Assembly: GCA_048128005.1 (NCBI GenBank)
Contig: JBEUKZ010000081.1
Span: 248,001-274,183 of the forward strand
DNA from: Veleropilina oligotropha
Lineage: Eukaryota
DNA: 26,183 nucleotides
Direction of reading: 5' to 3'
Part shown: piece after piece, positions 21,654 to 26,183 of the stretch
How positions within the stretch are numbered: position 1 is the first letter of the stretch
Layout of the letters: the number at the start of each line of letters is the position of its first letter
Position numbers and translations under genes: made by a program
Notes under the pieces: model-generated
What the model was told of the DNA's origin: nothing
What the model saw: only the letters and a program-made list of their open reading frames with translations
Databases searched by the model: none

Positions 21654-21915
21654 GAGGAGGAGGAATTATGCTTAATGTCCTGTATGTTTATAACATCGAG
21701 GTTCAAGGCAGGACATGTCCGTGTTATCGCGGGAGGAAACCCCGGTCGCCGGGTAAACCCGCCCTCTTCGGCCAGTCACGGACAACTGTGCTTCATAACT
21801 TGAACAAATGTGTGCTGCCTCAGCTGGGGGTCGATCCCACTACTGTTCGCGTCAGCAGAAACAAGCCAGTGAATTTAGAGTGGACACTCTACCCACTGCG
21901 CTACCGAAGCGGCCC
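21654..21915 (-). mobile_element. tRNA-derived SINE with 13-bp TSD
   Basis: Minus-strand A box TAGCGCAGTGG and B box GGATCGACCC; GGTTTCCTCCC central motif (V/Meta-domain-like); (CCT)n tail; TSD AATATATTATGTG at 21641 and 21916. Confidence 0.88.
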
Positions 21916-22021
21916 AATATATTATGTGTGCGTGGGTGCGTACGTATGGACCTACATACATATCTTAATTATTATGGCTTCTATGGGGCCCACATCTTAT
22001 CTGGTATGCAATTCGAAACGC

Positions 22022-22061
22022 TGGGACCCTCCCGTCAGATGCGGGAGCATTGACAGGTCTG
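22022..22061 (-). repeat. Terminus of a hAT-like DNA transposon
   Basis: CGGGAGCATTGACAGGTCTG is the reverse complement of 25463-25482. Confidence 0.6.
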
Positions 22062-22418
22062 CATCCCTACTTCGAAGCAAAAATTAACCACTACATGGAA
22101 ATGTGGAACAAGATGGCAAAGTCCACAGAATTTTATCTGCATTAACACATATACATGCAATTAAAGCTTCAAATCATATAACTGATCCCGAGCTGAATTC
22201 CCTATGTGACTCTCACCTCATGCAGAGTTGTTTTGGTAGGATATCAAAATTTGACATGCCTAGGCTACAACAAATGATGATACATGTACTATCACATCTT
22301 CGCCTGTCAGCTGCCTATTAGCATTAGAATATTACTAAGAACATATCACTTTGTATAATTATAGTTAGACATCCATGTAAATTGGTGTCCGTATTCAATT
22401 ATCATGGTTTGTGCATGT

Positions 22419-23019
22419 AATGATGATGAATTGATGTTTAACGACCACGCCAACAGTATTTCAGTTACAAATCGAGTCGGTCAACTTTGAATGATGAAAT
22501 AAAGATGTGCTGTGTGCAATGGAGGCAGCGATCATTATAAACATTCCCGGGGCTTGAACTCGCGACCTCACGTTAGTAGCCAGCACCGTATCCACTCGAC
22601 CATGCTGCCCCCTGGGCCAGCACCGTATCCACTCGACCATGCTGCCCCCTGGGCCAGCACCGTATCCACTCGACCATGCTGCCCCCTGGGCCAGCACCGT
22701 ATCCACTCGACCATGCTGCCCCCTGGGCCAGCACCGTATCCACTCGACCATGCTGCCCCCTGGGCCAGCACCGTATCCACTCGACCATGCTGCCCCCTGG
22801 GCCAGCACCGTATCCACTCGACCATGCTGCCCCCTGGGCCAGCACCGTATCCACTCGACCATGCTGCCCCCTGGGCCAGCACCGTATCCACTCGACCATG
22901 CTGCCCCCTGGGCCAGCACCGTATCCACTCGACCATGCTGCCCCCTGGGCCAGCACCGTATCCACTCGACCATGCTGCCCCCTGGGCCAGCACCGTATCC
23001 ACTAGACCATGCTGTCCCC
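22419..23019 (-). mobile_element. tRNA-derived SINE (second family) with tandemly amplified head
   Basis: Minus-strand A box TGGTCGAGTGG and B box GAGTTCAAGCC; tail ..GTTAAACATCAATTCATCATCAT; 14-bp TSD TGGTTTGTGCATGT at 22405 and 23020. Confidence 0.85.
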
Positions 23020-23022
23020 TGG
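22579..23022. repeat. 37-bp minisatellite, 12 copies
   Basis: GCCAGCACCGTATCCACTCGACCATGCTGCCCCCTGG x12 = 444 bp; the last copy has two substitutions. Confidence 0.97.
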
Positions 23023-23583
23023 TTTGTGCATGTCCTTGCACATGTACGTATATTCCATATAACACTGCATATAACCGTGTATGCAGGTACGATATTGTTT
23101 TTGATGAAAAACGTGTACGTGTATATTTCGTATGGGCGGGCAAGGCAAAAGACTACATCATCACTCAGTATAAATTTCTGTGTATGTCGAATTTTACACG
23201 TATATGTTATTTATGACTGGCAGGGCATCGGACAAACAGTAACTGGAATGGTAGGATGCAGATTCGACTTCTGCTCTGGCGGGGCTTATTCTAACGTTTA
23301 AAACTAATAGAAGGGATGACTTAAAAACCATTCGAATAAGATTTTAAACTCATGTTCCGCCTACACTATAAGATTGATAAATTTTCAAATATGTGGTCGT
23401 AAAATTAGAACCGATTCGATTTCCCCTCACCTCAAATGCAAATTGATAGAAACAAGCTATTCATGAACGTAGATACTTCCCAGATGTTTCTGGTGTTAGA
23501 ACAACCATTGAACAGTAATACATTTATAGGAAGACGTGTTAATGCGATTACAGACATCGCCTGTCATTCACAAACAAGCAGTG

Positions 23584-23833
23584 GAGGGAGGAATGATGCT
23601 TAATGTCCTGTATATTTACAACAGCGAGGTTCAAGGCAGGACATGTTATCGTGGGAGGAAACCCTGGTCACCCGGGTAAACACGCCCTCTTCGGCCAGTC
23701 ACAACTGTGATTCATAACTTGAACAAATGTTAATGCCTCTGCCAGGTATTGAACCCACTACTGTTCGCATTAGCGGAATCAAGCCAGTGAATTTAGAGTG
23801 GACACTCTACCCACTGCGCTGCCGAAGCGGCCC
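23584..23833 (-). mobile_element. tRNA-derived SINE with 13-bp TSD
   Basis: Same family as 21654-21915; B box GGTTCAATACC; TSD CAAACAAGCAGTG at 23571 and 23834. Confidence 0.88.
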
Positions 23834-24614
23834 CAAACAAGCAGTGAACAAGATCTTGGTCCAAAGTTGAGTACGTTGTTAACTAAAGGTTTACTGTATC
23901 TTTTAGCACCCTATCAATACGTCAATATAAAACACCATGGAAGGACACCCTGGGTCATCTGGTGAATCCCACCTGACCAGTTATTGACCACTTTGACTGT
24001 TAGCTCCAAGATGTCAATGACCGATGTTGAACCCTCACCTGCGATGCCAATGCAATCAGTACACGTGACCCATCGATTGAGAGAGTCCTAAGAATGACAC
24101 CGTGTCACAAAACTGGTAGAGATGATTTAAACTATAGCTTTGACTGCTATTGTTCATAAATAAATAATGAACACTATAAATAAGCATTGAGGACAGTTAT
24201 TGTTCAGATGTTCGTTGTACATGCTCATTATTTCTTTAATGTCTAGGATGTTTTAAAGTGACAATCTGCTGACCTTAGTAAATAAAAATACTGTTCAAAA
24301 TATCGTAATAATGTGCAAAAAGAAGCATCCATTATTTACAGATTATACACTTTAAATTATTTTCTTAATTAATATGTACAATGCAATAATCACAAGCCTT
24401 TGAATATACATTATGTACAGTCGGACATATTTACAGCTCGGATTCAGAACATGATTTAATCTCACATTCGACAATATTTGAGCACGAAAAGTGAATGACC
24501 TTTATTGTCTGGCACTGAAATGTAATTGCATGTTGAAACAACCATAGTAATATTTTATTCCCACAGCAAAGTTTTGGAAGTGAAGAAACAGTGTCCTGTA
24601 GAATGGATCGATGA

Positions 24615-24695
24615 TTGATGTCCTGTAAATTTTACAACCTTCAGGTTCGAACCATGGCATGTCAGTCTCCAGCCAGTGGCGGACAACTGTGATCG
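24615..24695 (-). repeat. SINE 3' fragment
   Basis: ATGTCCTGTA..TTTACAACCTTCAGGTTC..GCCAGT..CGGACAACTGTG shared with the SINE family. Confidence 0.6.
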
Positions 24696-25462
24696 ACAAG
24701 AGTGTCGAACCGAGAATGGAATGCACTCATGTTTTTCAGCAGTCAACCTAGCGATTTCAGAGGTGGCACTAGGGACCAGACAGCTACCAGATCTAGAGCG
24801 GCCTAGCTGTAGAGACTTGGTAATTCACTGGTTGGAGATAGCAGAACTGACCGAAGCATTAATACTTTCCGGACATGAAATCTCTAGTGAAACGGGCGCA
24901 TAATCAGGGGGTAATTACGAGATCCGATCATCATCAGAGCATGCCATAAATGTTTATCTTTTTAATCAAAGTGTAATTGACAAAGAGTAGATCATGACTA
25001 CATAATGGGCCAGGGTGGCAAATTTACATCCCATTTGAGTTGTCATTTTGGGATCTGATAGAAACAATATTAATGCATATGGGTTTCACGAGATATTCCA
25101 CCATGAAAATGGAATGATAATAATACACTGGCTGTTGTAATACCAGGATAATTCATAGCGATCAGTTCATTCACAATATAATCTGCTTTTGGGCTTGTAA
25201 AATAAAACACACAGATATCAAGAAGGCACTCAAATTTTTGTCAGTTTGAATCATAGTGCAATCAAGAGTCGAACTATCTGACCCTCCAAACGATTATAGA
25301 TTCCCAATCACGTGACGACGTCTGCATACATGAATTTATCATGGTTATGACTAAGACTAAGCGAAATGTAGGACTTTCAGTATGAACTGCAATAGGGTAC
25401 ACTTCTCATACAGCAGATAATCATCTTCAGATATTTGAGATAATCATACAAAACTTGATACA

Positions 25463-25595
25463 CAGACCTGTCAATGCTCCCGATTTCGGCGGGAGGGTCC
25501 CGCTTTCTGACCCCGTATCCCGCCAGCCTGTCATTGCTCCCGATTCTGACGGGAGGGTCCCGATTTCGGCAGAATGGTCCCGTATCCCGTCAAAC
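25463..25595 (+). mobile_element. Left end of a hAT-like non-autonomous DNA transposon with subterminal repeats (extent unknown)
   Basis: CAGACCTGTCAA terminus; repeated TCCCG/CGGGAGGGTCCCG motifs; matching end at 22022-22061. Confidence 0.55.
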
Positions 25596-26183
25596 GCAAC
25601 TTTTCTCACGTATCTGGCATTAACTGTACTTGCCTTAAAATGTGATGTCTCCAAAACGCACCAAGTAAATCCTATTCACACACATAATCGCGACACAACA
25701 GAATCATATAGCCAACTAATTTGTCGGTCTCTAACTCTGAATTGTTGACACAGCATTTTTCTGCTAATCAATTTGCCGTCTCTTTGTTCTACTTTCAATC
25801 TATCAGTTAACAGCAAATAGGTCACGCACGACTGTAGGTTCTTTCACACGCCAAATTAGTCCTTTGTCTACTGAAGTGGATGCGTAACTAGCAATTATAT
25901 TTCCAAGCTAAATATTCGTTTGATACGCCGTTTACCACAAGCACTCAACGTTCTTTTGTTGAAACATTGAAGCGTGCTTTTGTGTTGATAGATGTCGCGC
26001 AGTAATTTCGGGAACTATTTACGGAAATATACGAGTGTTTTCCGACTTTCAGATCTCTTTATATTGCGTTACAAAATAATCTCGCACCGGGTATTTAAAT
26101 TTCTACTATTGAATACGAAGATAATTTTCGAATCAACGTTGCGATCTATTTTGATGTAGGCCCGTAGTTCACAAAGAATTAGT

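Noticed and set aside
21524..22087. 187-aa ORF
   Set aside because: Runs across SINE and transposon fragments; no coding signature
22461..23301. ORFs in all six frames and a CRISPR-like 37-bp repeat
   Set aside because: Head-to-tail repeats with no spacers and no cas genes, in a eukaryotic context; explained by the SINE head
24676..24903. 75-aa ORF with possible splice sites
   Set aside because: No recognisable homology or partner exons
22022..25595. Matching hAT-like termini as one 3.5-kb element
   Set aside because: They point away from each other and share no TSD, so they are two separate copies

Overview
Animal genomic DNA, probably an invertebrate; the repeat families look mollusc-like (inference). 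The main feature is a full-length, very young DIRS1-type tyrosine-recombinase retrotransposon (3134-10559, + strand). It has 205-bp inverted terminal repeats with no mismatch I could find, a right extension, an internal complementary region, a TATC duplication at both ends, and gag, RT/RNaseH/methyltransferase and YR reading frames. It sits in an intron 48 bp upstream of a splice acceptor of a + strand host gene. The last 9 coding exons of that gene (10608-19078) splice in frame into the C-terminal 359 aa of an HPS3 (BLOC-2 subunit) orthologue. The rest is repeats: two related minisatellites (69 bp and 63 bp), Helentron-associated HINE elements (one nested in another), MITEs, and tRNA-derived SINEs, one with its A-box head amplified 12-fold in place. 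DIRS elements are a known class. The less ordinary points are a ~3-kb third frame broken only by two stops that are silent in pol, hairpin-tiled UTRs, and the SINE-head array.
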